DNA from: an uncultured virus (IMG/VR IMGVR_UViG_3300035698_026801)
Lineage: Duplodnaviria; Heunggongvirae; Uroviricota; Caudoviricetes
Reading direction: 5' to 3' (one strand)
Virus record (IMG/VR): IMGVR_UViG_3300035698_026801
DNA: 64,000 bases
Shown here in pieces: positions 30,572 to 40,076 of this stretch. Positions within the stretch are counted from its first letter, which is position 1, and each line of letters starts with the position of its first letter. The translations under genes and the position numbers were made by a program. The notes under the pieces were generated by a model. That model was given only the letters and a program-made list of their open reading frames with translations. It was not told the DNA's origin and did not search any database.

Positions 30572-31138
30572 ATGAACGAAAAAAAAATTGATAAAAGAAT
30601 TACTCACGTGTATGGTGTTCGGTTGAATTTTGAAGAATGGTGTGCCGTTTTAAGAGTTTGTGAAAAAGAGAATATAACTTCCTCTAAACTAATGAGAGAT
30701 GCTATTAGTTATTACTTAAAAAATAAAAAAGGAGAAGTAGTTGTTATTAAAACGAACCCTAATTTGAGGTATAAAGGTGTACGTAAACTAAATTATACTA
30801 GAAGAGAAATTTCATCTATAGAAGACTGGGAAGATTTAATCAAAGGACTTATAGCTGACTTTGTTATTCAATTTAGTTTAAAACAGGAATTTAGAAGTGA
30901 AGCAGCTAAAATATTGAGTTTATTGTCTAAAAATACCTCTAATCATGCAGTTGATTTTAGAAATAAAACAATTAGAATTATTGCCGCGTCTATTGTATAT
31001 CTCACATCAAAAAAGTTAGATATATATTTAAGGCAGGAAGATGTATGTGGTTATTTTTTAGCTACCACAGTAACCTTAAGACATTCAATTAAGAAACTAG
31101 TAGAAATAACTGAAAACGAAGTTAAGGAGGTTTATTGA
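30572..31138 (+). CDS. RHH-like N-terminus fused to a TFB/TFIIB cyclin-repeat-like C-terminus
   Basis: ITSSKLMRDAISYYL; IAASIVYL....RQEDVC....TTVTLRHSIKKL resembles the TFB C-terminal HTH. Confidence 0.55.
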   Translation: MNEKKIDKRITHVYGVRLNFEEWCAVLRVCEKENITSSKLMRDAISYYLKNKKGEVVVIKTNPNLRYKGVRKLNYTRREISSIEDWEDLIKGLIADFVIQFSLKQEFRSEAAKILSLLSKNTSNHAVDFRNKTIRIIAASIVYLTSKKLDIYLRQEDVCGYFLATTVTLRHSIKKLVEITENEVKEVY

Positions 31139-31586
31139 ATGAGCCAAGAAACGTGTTGGGAATGCGGAAAAGCGTACGCCAGAAATCAAATGTTTGATAT
31201 TCCCGTTTTCAAAAATGGATTTACTGTAAAATGGTGTTTGAATTGCGCAATGAAACAACTGGATTCAACTGAGTATCAGTTAGTTGATAAAGATTACAAA
31301 AAGCCTGCAATTCTTGATGTACATACAGAAGGCGTAAGAGATGAAAAATCAGAACAAATAGAGACATTTTTAAAAAAACATAAGTTTTATGAGATGAACA
31401 AAGATGTGTGGTGGTTAAAATGAAAATAGCCCAATACGACGTTAAACTAACGCGCCAATATTTACGACATTTAGGACTTTCACGCTATCAAGCGCGCAGA
31501 GTATATCAAAAGGTTCCGGAAAACTCGCAAGCCAGAAATTGTGTTTTGTGGCCCGAAATACGAAGTGTTTTGCAAGGGAGGCGAAA

Positions 31587-32411
31587 ATGAAATCAATTGA
31601 AGAATTCAGAAATAAAATAATCTGTGGTGATTGTCTGGAGGTTATGAAGGAGATTCCAGATAATAGTATTGATCTAGTTGTTACAAGTCCGCCGTATGAC
31701 AATTTACGAGAGTATGGTGGAATTAAATGGAACTTTGAGATTTTTACAAACATTGCAAATCAATTATTTCGAGTTTGTAAAACTGGAGGGGTTGTGGTTT
31801 GGGTTGTGGGTGATGCCACATTTAATGGAAGTGAAACTGGAACTTCATTTAAACAAGCATTATATTTCAAGGAGTGTGGTTTTAATTTGCATGATACTAT
31901 GATTTGGTATAAACATTCACCACCACTCACTCATAAAAGATACGAACAACATTTTGAATATATGTTTATTTTAGTTAAAAATAAAATTAAGATATTCAAT
32001 CCATTAAAAACTTTAAAATTATATCAAGATTCTAGAACAAATCATTTTATTAGGAGGGAGAAAGGAACCAAATCAGATTATGGGTTTTTTAAAAATTGTG
32101 ATGATAAAATAAAAGGAAATGTATGGGATATTCCAACAGGAGGAGGACATTGTACTAAAGATAAAATGGCATATAATCATCCTGCAATATTTCCTGAAAA
32201 GCTTGCAGAACAACATATTAAATCTTGGTCCAACGAACATAGTTTGATTTTAGATCCGTTTATGGGAAGCGGAACAACAATAAAGATGACAAAATTATTA
32301 AATCGTGATTTTATAGGCATTGATATTTCTGAAGAATATTGTAATATTGCTAGAACTCGGTTAAAGAAACAATCCGAAAGATTGGATAAATTTACTTTAG
32401 GTGGTAAGTAG
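31587..32411 (+). CDS. DNA N4-cytosine/N6-adenine methyltransferase (beta class)
   Basis: TSPPY, HPAIFP, LDPFMGSGTT. Confidence 0.92.
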   Translation: MKSIEEFRNKIICGDCLEVMKEIPDNSIDLVVTSPPYDNLREYGGIKWNFEIFTNIANQLFRVCKTGGVVVWVVGDATFNGSETGTSFKQALYFKECGFNLHDTMIWYKHSPPLTHKRYEQHFEYMFILVKNKIKIFNPLKTLKLYQDSRTNHFIRREKGTKSDYGFFKNCDDKIKGNVWDIPTGGGHCTKDKMAYNHPAIFPEKLAEQHIKSWSNEHSLILDPFMGSGTTIKMTKLLNRDFIGIDISEEYCNIARTRLKKQSERLDKFTLGGK

Positions 32412-32626
32412 TGGTATTTTGTGTTTTGCAAGGGAGGCGAAGATGAAACTAATACAAATAATTGCATGGGTGGGCATATTGCTATCTTTATCAGGTTTTA
32501 TAATATCCTACTTTTTAGATCAAACAAACGGTATTTTATTTTATGGGCTATTTTCAGTTTTAATTGTTCTTTGTGCTATGGGTGATAATTAGTGGTATTT
32601 TGTATTTTGCAAGGGGGGAAAAGTAG

Positions 32627-33271
32627 ATGACAATTAAAATACTAAATCTATATGCTGGAATAGGCGGTAATAGAAAACTGTGGGACGGCGACATAGACGT
32701 TACGGCTATAGAACTTAATCCAGAAATAGCTAAGATTTATCAAGATTTCTTTCCACAAGATAATATTGTTGTATGTGATGCTCATCAATATTTATTGGAT
32801 CATTTTAACGAATTTGATTTTATTTGGAGTAGTCCCCCTTGCACCAGTCATACTTCATTTGCAAAGCTCTGTGCGCTTTCACAAGATATAAAAACAGGTA
32901 ATCATATTAGAAAACCAAAATATCCAGACTTAAAATTATATGAAGAAATTATTTTACTATCACATTTGTTTGAAGGTAAATTTTGTGTAGAAAATGTAGT
33001 TGGATATTATACTCCCCTCATAAAACCACAAAAGTTACAAAGACATTATTTTTGGACTAATTTTATTATACCCGTTAAAAAATTTAAATGTGATAATATA
33101 AAGTGGGGTAGAGTTTCTGAATGGGAAAAGAAATTAGGATTTAGTCTAGATGATAAAATTATTAATTCCAGAAAAGATCAAATATTACGAAATTGTGTAG
33201 ATCCAAAACTTGGGCTTCATGTTTTTAATTATGCTTTTAAAGAAAAGCAACTTACTTTGGGTGATCTTTAA
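32627..33271 (+). CDS. Short C5-type DNA cytosine methyltransferase
   Basis: LYAGIGG, SSPPC, VENV, RH, RNCV. Confidence 0.8.
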   Translation: MTIKILNLYAGIGGNRKLWDGDIDVTAIELNPEIAKIYQDFFPQDNIVVCDAHQYLLDHFNEFDFIWSSPPCTSHTSFAKLCALSQDIKTGNHIRKPKYPDLKLYEEIILLSHLFEGKFCVENVVGYYTPLIKPQKLQRHYFWTNFIIPVKKFKCDNIKWGRVSEWEKKLGFSLDDKIINSRKDQILRNCVDPKLGLHVFNYAFKEKQLTLGDL

Positions 33272-33794
33272 TGGTATTTGGTGTTTTGCAAGGGAGGAAA
33301 GTTAAATGACAAACTTAAAACAAGTTAAAGCACTTTTAGAAGGTGACGAAGCATCAGCCAAAGTTTTAGAAAACGAAGGCTATGTTTTCTTCGGGCACCG
33401 CCTGAATGACCGGATTTATGAAAACGAGCATAATAAAATCGTCGTTTATCGAGACCATGTTTCAATGGTTTACGACGAACCATGGAAGAATGCCAATGTG
33501 CGATTGGATGGTAAAAAATGAATGAAAATCAAGTTATAACTATTTTAATAGTGGCCTTAGTATTATCAACTTTGGGTTATGTTATTATTAATTTTGATCC
33601 GTATAGTCCTATGCCCTTACCAAATAGAAGTATTGTTTTTCAACAGTGTAAAGATGCACTTGTCGAATCTAGTTTAGAGGTAGATCAAAAGCTTGAAGTT
33701 TATCATTCTTTTTTACAAAAGGTGTATTATCCTGATGATAAAGTGCGGTATTTTGAACAAGTAGAGTCTGGTAAAATTAAGGAGGGAGATTAAT

Positions 33795-34241
33795 ATGCTC
33801 TGCATAGCTGCAATGGTAATTTTCGCAATAATGGGAATCTTTTCTGCAAAATATCGAACCCTATCCAAAGAAGCTTTCTCTTGCGCATTCAGAATGGTAA
33901 CTGGGCGAGCTTGCATAACAAATTTTGATCAACGAATGCGCGTTAAAATTGCAGGACCAATAATTTCAAAAAATAAAATAATCGGTCGTTTTATTTACAA
34001 ATATTTCAAAACTTTATCAGTAATTTTTGTATTATTATTTTTTGCCAGCGCAGCATACACGGGCCTGGCAATTTACAACTTAACAGTACACGGCGAATGT
34101 GATCCAAGCGACCCAGACAGCTCTTGTGTGTTTGCACCCGAAAAACCAGTATGCGGAATGGACGATATTCCAGAGGATGTGAGTTGTGAAGATCCTGAGT
34201 GTGAGGTTCATAATTTTAAAATACTTAATGGGGGTTTATGA
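33795..34241 (+). CDS. Membrane protein with Cys-rich tail
   Basis: TM segments; GGAGG SD. Confidence 0.6.
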   Translation: MLCIAAMVIFAIMGIFSAKYRTLSKEAFSCAFRMVTGRACITNFDQRMRVKIAGPIISKNKIIGRFIYKYFKTLSVIFVLLFFASAAYTGLAIYNLTVHGECDPSDPDSSCVFAPEKPVCGMDDIPEDVSCEDPECEVHNFKILNGGL

Positions 34242-34541
34242 TGACAAGAATAAATGACATATTTATAAGAAAGTTTGGTGAAGCAGAACGTTCTTTGACT
34301 TGTAGACAGAATTTTGTTAAGGGAAGTCTTAATAAATGGAGAGCTAGAAAAGCAAAAGATCGGTTATCTATTTTATTTGATATAGAACTTCCAATTACAA
34401 TAAAAGAGCTTTATGGCGTTTCAATGATAATAGAACCAGACGAAAAGGTAGTACAACAATTCTATTTGAATTTTACATGGAAACAATTAGAAGAATTAAA
34501 AGATTTGATTGAATATAAGTTAAAAAATACAAATCGAAAAA

Positions 34542-36452
34542 TTGGTGATCGAAATTGAAAAAAAACAAGAAATCAAATTTATCGACCTCTTCGGCGGAGT
34601 CGGAGGATTTCGACTTGGGCTTGAAAGGGCAGATTCAAGTAGTAGGGAACCTATATCCGAGCAAACACGAAGCGGGGAACATATACAATCCACAGGGGAT
34701 AAGTCCAACACTAAAATGCAACGGACCGAGACCGAATTCAAAGAATCAGGCACCAAAGATAAATTTAAATGTGTCTTCTACTCCGACATCGACAAATACG
34801 CAGTTCAAACCTACAATAAAAACTTTGGAGAAAATCATAAGCCAGAAGACATTAGGAATATTACAGCCGAACAAATTCCAAAACACGACCTTATCTGTGG
34901 AGGTTTTCCTTGCCAAAGTTTCTCGATTGCTGGAAAACGAAAGGGGTTTGAAGATACTAGAGGGACTTTATTTTTCGAAATTTGTAGAATTTTAAAACAA
35001 CATAAAACACCTTTTGTTCTTTTAGAAAATGTGAAAGGATTGTTAAGTCATGATGAAGGTAAAACTTTTGAAGTTATTATAGAGTCTTTAAATAGCTTGG
35101 GGTATATAGTAGATTATAGAGTATTAAATTCCAAGAACTTTGGAGTGCCACAAAATAGAGAGAGAGTGTTTATATGGGGAATAAATCTACCAAAATTAAT
35201 CGAACAAATAAAAGATGGTCAGAAAGAGAAAGAGCCTTTATTACTTCAAACTATAGAAAGTTGGGTGTTGCAGAGATTGCAAGACAACTTGGAAGAACTG
35301 AAAAAGCTACACGAACCAAAATCGAAAGAATTGGCATTAAATTGGATAATTTACAAAGAATTGGAAAGTATTGGACTTTTGAAGAAATCAAAAAACTTAA
35401 AAGAATTAGCAAAGAAAAAACTATTAAAGAGTTGGCAAGTGAATTTGACCGATCTTGGTCCTCAGTTTATAACAAAATCAAAGAACAACAATTTGAATGG
35501 AAAAGAAAAGTTACTAGAGAGCCAAGAACTACTTCAGATGGATATCTCCAATATAGACATGGAAAAAATAGAAACAAATTTGTTCATAGAGTCTTTATGG
35601 AAGATTATCTTGGACGAAAACTTTCAAAAGAAGAACGAATTCATCACATCAATTTTAAAAAAGATGACAACCGAATTGAAAACTTATTCCTATGTGAGTC
35701 TAGGTCACATCATTCTTTTGTTCATGGTTCTGGAGAGAAAATATTTCGAGAACTTTTCAGAAAGAGTTTTATCATTTTTGATAGAAATGGAGGAGAATAT
35801 ATATGGAAAGGTTGAACGGTCAGAAGAAAAAGCTACACTTAATGCGGTCATCAGTTCTGTGGTTTCTGGAACCAAAAGTGCAAACGAAATTATTGGACAT
35901 CTTGGAGGTGAACCCAGACAAAAAGTATTTCCTATCCGAGAAAGCAGTAAATCAATTAATAAGACACGAGAGTTTCCACAGCAAATTGCATCAACTCTCA
36001 CCACCGCAGACGCAAAAATCGGAAGAGGAATAAATATGATTCAACAATTGAATAACACAACAGAATTGGGGGGTTTCGAATCAACTAAACGAATCTATGG
36101 GGTAGAAGGTGTAGGACCAAGTTTAACTCATAAGTGTTGTGATTTGAAGGTTGCACCATTTATTGAAAATAAGAAAGTAACAGAAAGAAGTGGTGAATGG
36201 GGTTCTGGATACGCTGATTCGGCCTTTACTTTAAACTCTAGTTGTGGTCAAGATCAATGTGTTAATTCCATTCGAAGATTAACCCCTATAGAGTGCGAAA
36301 GATTACAAGGATTCCCAGATAATTGGACTGATACTTGTTCAGATAACCAACGATACAGACAAATGGGAAATGCTGTGACTGTGAATGTTATTCAGGTTAT
36401 TGCGGAGAGAATATTAGAATGTTTAGAGGTTAAAAATGACACAAAAAACTAA
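34542..36452 (+). CDS. C5 DNA cytosine methyltransferase with two apparent insertions; start uncertain
   Basis: LFGGVGG, GGFPCQSFS, LENV, PQNRERVF, RRLTPIECERLQGFPD, YRQMGNAV. Confidence 0.88.
   Translation: MVIEIEKKQEIKFIDLFGGVGGFRLGLERADSSSREPISEQTRSGEHIQSTGDKSNTKMQRTETEFKESGTKDKFKCVFYSDIDKYAVQTYNKNFGENHKPEDIRNITAEQIPKHDLICGGFPCQSFSIAGKRKGFEDTRGTLFFEICRILKQHKTPFVLLENVKGLLSHDEGKTFEVIIESLNSLGYIVDYRVLNSKNFGVPQNRERVFIWGINLPKLIEQIKDGQKEKEPLLLQTIESWVLQRLQDNLEELKKLHEPKSKELALNWIIYKELESIGLLKKSKNLKELAKKKLLKSWQVNLTDLGPQFITKSKNNNLNGKEKLLESQELLQMDISNIDMEKIETNLFIESLWKIILDENFQKKNEFITSILKKMTTELKTYSYVSLGHIILLFMVLERKYFENFSERVLSFLIEMEENIYGKVERSEEKATLNAVISSVVSGTKSANEIIGHLGGEPRQKVFPIRESSKSINKTREFPQQIASTLTTADAKIGRGINMIQQLNNTTELGGFESTKRIYGVEGVGPSLTHKCCDLKVAPFIENKKVTERSGEWGSGYADSAFTLNSSCGQDQCVNSIRRLTPIECERLQGFPDNWTDTCSDNQRYRQMGNAVTVNVIQVIAERILECLEVKNDTKN
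34555..34995 (+). CDS. Overlapping +1-frame polypeptide with a TRD-like module
   Basis: GGTGAT SD 5 nt before TTG; QVVGNL...GNIYNPQGISPTL resembles RIYGVEGVGPSL in the main frame. Confidence 0.55.
   Translation: MKKNKKSNLSTSSAESEDFDLGLKGQIQVVGNLYPSKHEAGNIYNPQGISPTLKCNGPRPNSKNQAPKINLNVSSTPTSTNTQFKPTIKTLEKIISQKTLGILQPNKFQNTTLSVEVFLAKVSRLLENERGLKILEGLYFSKFVEF
35174..35815 (+). CDS. HNH endonuclease with N-terminal Myb/HTH-like repeats, nested in the methyltransferase (+2 frame)
   Basis: WSERE and WTFEE repeats; FVHRVFME..LGRKL...E.IHHIN..KDDNRIENL....H. Confidence 0.8.
   Translation: MGNKSTKINRTNKRWSERERAFITSNYRKLGVAEIARQLGRTEKATRTKIERIGIKLDNLQRIGKYWTFEEIKKLKRISKEKTIKELASEFDRSWSSVYNKIKEQQFEWKRKVTREPRTTSDGYLQYRHGKNRNKFVHRVFMEDYLGRKLSKEERIHHINFKKDDNRIENLFLCESRSHHSFVHGSGEKIFRELFRKSFIIFDRNGGEYIWKG
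35803..36033 (+). CDS. Overlapping +1-frame peptide with a C5-MTase-associated LxDILE..KYFLSEK motif
   Basis: GGAGGAG SD; LLDILEVNPDKKYFLSEKAV. Confidence 0.45.
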   Translation: MERLNGQKKKLHLMRSSVLWFLEPKVQTKLLDILEVNPDKKYFLSEKAVNQLIRHESFHSKLHQLSPPQTQKSEEE

Positions 36453-36976
36453 AAAAAGTGGTTGGAAAGAAAATTGGCGGGAGATATTGCTCGAAAGAAG
36501 AATTTGAAAGATTAAAAGATGCATCAGAACTACCTGGAGAAAGTTGGAAGTTACTTGTTGAAGACTCATTTAAAGTTTATTGTGTACGAGATAAAACTGT
36601 AAATTTAAAAAGAAACGGATCAGATTTATTGTTATTTGAAGACGATGCTAGCCTATCTAAGACGAGAGAAGACGCACAAAGTTTTATAGATTGTATATGT
36701 TGTAAGGATGAAGACTTTGAAGTTGTTAAATGTGAAATGGTTGTTTTGTTAAATGGAGGTTAAAAATGGGACCAATAGATCATCAAAAAAACGAAGATTA
36801 CAAGGACTGGAAATGTAAGTGCGGCACACAACTTAAATTGTGTAATGGATATGTTTATTGTCCGACTTGTTTAGATGAGAGATTGGAGCCTCATACCCCG
36901 AAAGATTACGCAAAGCGCATTGGGTTGAATTAAAATGCCAACATCTGACGATAAAAATACTTAGTGGAGAAATAAA

Positions 36977-37516
36977 ATGAAAAATATGAGGGAAGAATTA
37001 TCAGAAGACGATAAAAAAAAGTTTAAATTAGATTGTAAAGCCCTAAAAGAGTTGTATTTGAAAGATCATTCTCCGAGATTGCTTGCATATAGAAATGAGT
37101 TGTTATGTAATCCAGATATAAGTAATTCAAAAGACGAATTTGTTTTACATCTTACGTTAGACAATGAAATCTCACCAAAAATGAAAGTTAAGTTAAGTGA
37201 TGAGTTTAAGGGATATTCGTATAAACCCAGTAACGCATCTATTCTGGTCGCAATGAATTTAGATAAGGCAAAATTTCTTTATGATAGTTTAAAATGGTTT
37301 TTTGATAAGGATATTGAAAAGAAAAAAGCAATGTATGAATATTTACAAGGAAAAAAAACAATTATGCAAATTTCACGCGAAATGGATATTAGTGATTCTA
37401 TTCTTCGAAAATGGAGGGAAGAGGAAGGATTTATTTTCGTACCTTGGCCTCATATATCTCATAATGGAGTTTGGATAAAACCGGGTATGATTAAAGACAA
37501 TAAAAATGAAGGCTAA
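36977..37516 (+). CDS. Protein with C-terminal HTH
   Basis: TIMQISREMDISDSILRKW. Confidence 0.6.
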   Translation: MKNMREELSEDDKKKFKLDCKALKELYLKDHSPRLLAYRNELLCNPDISNSKDEFVLHLTLDNEISPKMKVKLSDEFKGYSYKPSNASILVAMNLDKAKFLYDSLKWFFDKDIEKKKAMYEYLQGKKTIMQISREMDISDSILRKWREEEGFIFVPWPHISHNGVWIKPGMIKDNKNEG

Positions 37517-37759
37517 AAATGATAAGAAATTGTAGTTTATGATGCGAGGCATAGGTGAATTAAGTGACATTGAAAATGAAAAACAAATACGCTAAATGCA
37601 CCGAATGTGGTAAGACCCTTAAACCAGAGAATAAACCACACATTAAATTCAATTTCATGGGCAGAAAAGGACGTGTTTGTAGTACTTGCTGGTCAAAGGA
37701 AGTGGGGGCGAATAATTTGCAAGCATTTAAAAAGGATCTATTAATTGGATGTGATAAAT

Positions 37760-37933
37760 ATGGCAGAAAAAAAACAATTTAAACGAAAGGTACAATGGGA
37801 CGGAGGATCATGTTTTATTAGACTTCCTTGCAAGATTTGCGCTAAACACTCAATCTATAGAGGACGATCAGTTTGTATTTTTACAAGTATAAAGAATCCA
37901 AATAATATTATTATGAGGGTTGTTGATGATTAA
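37760..37933 (+). CDS. AbrB-like small regulator
   Basis: RKVQWDGGSCFIRLP. Confidence 0.55.
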   Translation: MAEKKQFKRKVQWDGGSCFIRLPCKICAKHSIYRGRSVCIFTSIKNPNNIIMRVVDD

Positions 37934-38093
37934 AATGGCTACAGAAGAGTATATTAAATCTATTGAATCAAAAATCAAAATTATGCAAGAAAAATATGAT
38001 GGTGCACTTGAAGAGAGATTGAAAGTGGATCAAAGCCGAAATGATTGTCTGATAGCAGACTCTTTGAAGTCTCAGAAAGACGGAGGAATCAAA

Positions 38094-38564
38094 ATGGCAG
38101 AAGAACTATATAGTGGAGAAAATCAAACAAATGCAAAACCAGTACAACAAAAAATACCAATTTCGTGGAATGAGGAATCCGAAAAATTAACTGAAGGATT
38201 CTTTAAGCCTCTTGAAGGGAAGAATACCGTGAAATTTTTATCTAACGGGTATAAAGAGATTAGAGATTTCCCTAAAAAGAACGCAGATGGCACAGTAACC
38301 ATAGAAAGCAATAATCAAGGTATTTGGGAAGTTGAAGTTCTTGGTAAAAAGCACACATGGGCTACAACGGTTGGAGGAACAAAAGCTTGTTTGTGGGGCC
38401 AGATTGCAGAATTTGCAAAGCAAAATGGCGGCAATTTAATTGGAAAAACAATTACATTGCTTAGAAAAGGCACAGGCACTTCAACGAATTACACAATTTT
38501 AGAGGTTTATGAAGATAAACCAGAAGTAGAACCTGCAGTTGGAAATCCAGAAAGCGCAATTTAA
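38094..38564 (+). CDS. Putative OB-fold single-stranded DNA-binding protein
   Basis: FFKPLEGKNTVKFL...GKTITLLRKGTGTSTNYTI; acidic tail; GGAGG SD. Confidence 0.45.
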   Translation: MAEELYSGENQTNAKPVQQKIPISWNEESEKLTEGFFKPLEGKNTVKFLSNGYKEIRDFPKKNADGTVTIESNNQGIWEVEVLGKKHTWATTVGGTKACLWGQIAEFAKQNGGNLIGKTITLLRKGTGTSTNYTILEVYEDKPEVEPAVGNPESAI

Positions 38565-38817
38565 AATTAAGGACGTTGGTCGGCCGTTACGTTTTCGGTC
38601 GGCTAGACGTTATTTTATGGTGGTTACAAATGACAAAAAAGATAAGATATTGTGATGCTTGTGAAGGTTCCAACAAACAAGTAAAAGCTGTTTGGTTTGA
38701 CGAAGAAGATATTGAAATTGGGCATGCTTTATGTGACGCATGTTATAAAAATGAATTAAAATGGTTAAAATCACATATACGAATTGAACAATAAATCAAC
38801 TTAGAGATGATTTAAAA

Positions 38818-39174
38818 ATGAAACAAAGAATTAGATGTCCATGCTGTGACAGCATATTTGAAGTTAAAATTAAGAATATTGTATATTTTTTGGATAAAGA
38901 AATCATTTTGGATAAAAATACAAGAAAGCATAGAGAGAAAAAAAGTGAAGAAATTCAAGAAATATATAATAAAACAGATTTAAGGGATCGCGTAATTATA
39001 AAATGCTTATTGCGTTCTAAATGTCCTTTATCAGTAAATGACATAGCAAAACGCACAACACAAAGTTGGAACACAGTTAAAAAACATTGTTTAAAACTTG
39101 AAGAAATAGGATATCTTAAAACTAAAATAATAAGAAAAGCAGTTTTATGGATTCCAAATTTGGAGGATGATTAA
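38818..39174 (+). CDS. Zinc ribbon plus winged-helix regulator
   Basis: CPCC; SVNDIAKRTTQSWNTVKKHCLKLEEIG. Confidence 0.7.
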   Translation: MKQRIRCPCCDSIFEVKIKNIVYFLDKEIILDKNTRKHREKKSEEIQEIYNKTDLRDRVIIKCLLRSKCPLSVNDIAKRTTQSWNTVKKHCLKLEEIGYLKTKIIRKAVLWIPNLEDD

Positions 39175-39347
39175 GAATGAGTGATGGTTGTGATTTGAAA
39201 ATGACAGAAAAAGAAATTATAGAAAAAATTAAAGATTGGTTAGTTGAACGAACTCTTGAAGCAACTAATAATAATGAATCGAAGTTTGCAGTAATCCGTA
39301 ATGGAACTTTACAGGCTTTTAAAAGAGAGTTTATGAAAGAAGAGTAA

Positions 39348-39441
39348 ACCAGCCGAAACAGTATAATGCTTTCAGGCAGACAAGCAAGGGCTGTGCTAAA
39401 TGTCCTAAGCAAGTGTAAGTCCTGAACCTGCGGCACTTGGT
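39348..39441 (+). ncRNA. BHB-flanked intron-like RNA element 1
   Basis: ACCA-GCCG-AAA-CAG ... CTG-CGGC-ACT-TGGT; inner TTCAGG/CCTGAA stem. Confidence 0.65.
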
Positions 39442-39448
39442 AAGTATT

Positions 39449-39736
39449 ATGGAAACAAACAAAATAATTCACGGCGAATGCCTAGAAGTTCTTAAAACGA
39501 TTCCTGACAATACCTTTGATTCAGTTGTCACAGACCCACCTTATGGCTTATCTGCTGCAAAGAATAGTGGCAAAACTTCAAAAGGTGGATTTATGGGTAG
39601 CTCAGGAACGACAGCGATTGCGTGTCATAAAGAAGGATTTGATTATATTGGAATCGAGCGCGAAGAAGAATACGTTAAGATTGCAAAGGCGCGAATCGCG
39701 GCACAACCTCAACGTTTGGATAAATTTATTAAGTGA
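39449..39736 (+). pseudogene. Internally deleted beta-class N6/N4 DNA methyltransferase
   Basis: TDPPY joined almost directly to FMGSSGTT; central region missing; frame intact. Confidence 0.7.
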
Positions 39737-39841
39737 AGTTAAAAATAAACTTATTTATATTCCGCATACCAATTAAGTTACAAGGAATTCAGAACGCAGG
39801 GGCAATACAATAAGAGCAAGTTACATTGCTCTGGAGTAAAA

Positions 39842-40069
39842 ATGCAAGCAAAAGAACATATAATTACAGGAATAGTCGCTGCTTTAATAGCCACAATTTT
39901 TAACAACCTTCTAGGTGGTTCGTTAATTAATTTCTCATTTTCGACCATTTACGTATTAGTCACTACGGTTGTTATTGGTGTTGGTGTTGGTTTTGCAGTA
40001 CTCTATTTCGTTAATTTACGGAATGAGGAAAAAAATCAGAAAAGTTCAGCTAAACCTAGTAAAAGGTAA
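39842..40069 (+). CDS. Small two-TM membrane protein
   Basis: Hydrophobic; TTTATATT upstream. Confidence 0.6.
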   Translation: MQAKEHIITGIVAALIATIFNNLLGGSLINFSFSTIYVLVTTVVIGVGVGFAVLYFVNLRNEEKNQKSSAKPSKR

Positions 40070-40076
40070 AAAAATA

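Larger units (their letters stand above)
31565..33297 (+). repeat. Four copies of the intergenic linker (TGGTATTTT)GTGTTTTGCAAGGGAGG
   Basis: 31565-31582, 32412-32437, 32593-32618, 33272-33297. Confidence 0.8.

Noticed and set aside
35174..35815. Intein in the C5 methyltransferase
   Set aside because: The main-frame insert lacks a Cys/Ser start and His-Asn end, and the endonuclease is in a different frame
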